Below, piece after piece: positions 62,531 to 64,000 of a stretch of DNA of 64,000 nucleotides. Under the pieces are notes generated by a model, which made no database searches, was not told the DNA's origin, and saw nothing but the letters and a program-made list of their open reading frames with translations. The stretch is from Squalus acanthias (lineage: Eukaryota): assembly GCA_030390025.1 (NCBI GenBank), contig CM059431.1, forward strand, positions 103,108,001-103,172,000, in the 5' to 3' direction. A program made the translations under genes and the position numbers. Numbering within the stretch: the stretch's first letter is position 1; each line of letters opens with the position of its first letter.

Positions 62531-62986
62531 GCCGTGGCTCAGTGGGTAGCCCTCTCGCCTCTGAGTCAGAAGGTTGTGGGTTCTAGGTCCCGCTCCAGGG
62601 ACTTCAGCACATATTCAAGGCTGGCGCTCCCAGTGCCAATGCTGAGGGAGCGCCGCACTGTCGGAGGTGCCGTCTTTTGGATGAGACCTTAAACCGAGGC
62701 CCCCGTCTGCTCTCTCAGGTGGACGTAAAAGATCCCACGGGCATGATTTTGAAGAAGAGCAGGGGAGTTATCCCCGGTGTCCTGGGGCCAATATTTATCC
62801 CTCAACCAACATCACTAAAACAGATTATCCGGTCACTGTCACATTTCTGTTTGTGGGATCTTGCTATGCACCAATTGGCTGCCGCATTTCCTACATTACA
62901 ACAGTGACTTCGCTTCAAAAGTGGCTGGAAAGCACCTTGGGATGTCCTGAGATCAAGAAAGACACTATATAAATGCAAGTTCTTTC
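62531..62986 (+). mobile_element. Full-length SacSINE1-like SINE
   Basis: Matches 8592-9058. Confidence 0.9.
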
Positions 62987-63426
62987 TGAACTAGCACATT
63001 CCACATTGCTAACTTTTAAAGTAATGTTTATTAAGTTCCTGCTTTATCGAGGGGGGCTAAGGGTGTTGTTCTCAGACTCTCTGGCCTTCTATCCTCAGTC
63101 TTCATTCCTATGAGTCATATTCATTATGCCATCCTATTAGGATTACCTAAATCATGCAGACACCATAGTCAGATTGTTCAAACAAGAAGTGAATTGGACC
63201 ATGTAACTGATCAGAATGGATAATTGCTTGATTCTGGAAAAGTCATTAGTTTAATGTCATTGGATCCATAACACTTGGTAAACTTGTGAACAGCAGGTTG
63301 CACGAGATACTGAGAAGGAATTTTCACATTGCCACATGCTCATAGCGTTCCCACATTGTGTAACAACCAGATGCCTTAATGGGTGACATCTTGAAAGCTG
63401 CCTCCTTTTTGCAGAGTGTGTGTCAC

Positions 63427-64000
63427 ATAGAATTACATAGGATATACGGCACAGAAACAGGCCATCGATCCAACCAGTCCATGCATTTATGCTCCACTCG
63501 AACCTGCTCCAATCCTTCCTCATCTAACTCTATCAGCATAGCCCTCTACTCCTTTCTCCCTCATATGCTTATCTGGCCTCCCCTTAAATGCATCTACACT
63601 ATTTGCTTCAACCACTCCCTGTGGTAGCGAGTTCCACATTCTCACCACTCTCTGGGTAAAAAAGTTTCTTCTGAATTCCCTATTTGATTTCTTGGTGACT
63701 ATCTTATATTGATGGCCTTTAGTTTTGCTCTTCCCCACAAGTGGAAATACTCTCTCTGTATCTACTTTATCAAAACCTTTCATAATTTTAAAGACCTCTA
63801 TTAGGTCACCCCTCAGCCTTCTCTATTCAAGAGAAAAGAGACCCAGCCTGTTCATCTTTTCCTGATAGGTATAACCTCGCATTTCTGGTATCATCCTTGT
63901 AAATCTTTTTTGCACCCTCTCCAGTGCCTCTATATCCTTTTTTTAATATGACAACCAGAACTGTACGCAGTACTCCAAGTGTGGTCTAACCAAGGTTCAA
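63427..64000 (-). mobile_element. CR1 LINE 3' portion running off the window
   Basis: Encodes RRNFFTQRVVRMWNSLP. Matches 10750-11260. Confidence 0.9.

Overview
Vertebrate non-coding DNA, almost certainly from a shark or other elasmobranch. This is inferred from recognisable SacSINE1/DeuSINE-like, HE1-like V-SINE, HER1/CR1-like and LF-SINE-like repeats. I can identify no host gene, RNA gene or CRISPR array. There are only weak candidate minus-strand micro-exons. Most of the window is layered transposon debris: CR1, L2, RTE, Vingi-like and Zenon-like LINE 3' ends, four SINE families, a decayed PIF/Harbinger transposon with several MITE families, a Tigger-type MITE and a possible solo LTR. It also holds an ~8 kb degenerate (GT)n tract beside a 200-N gap and an ~84-copy 33-bp minisatellite grown inside a SINE. 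The very long ORFs in the track are artefacts of these two repeats. The most notable signal is two Penelope-like (PLE) families carrying minimal hammerhead ribozyme motifs. They include a 559-bp fold-back element with a 16-bp target duplication and a ribozyme in each arm (60706-61264), and a 94-bp insert that is little more than the ribozyme, with a 10-bp target duplication (11410-11503). Family names come from recall of consensus features, not from a database search. Repeat boundaries without a TSD or TIR are approximate.
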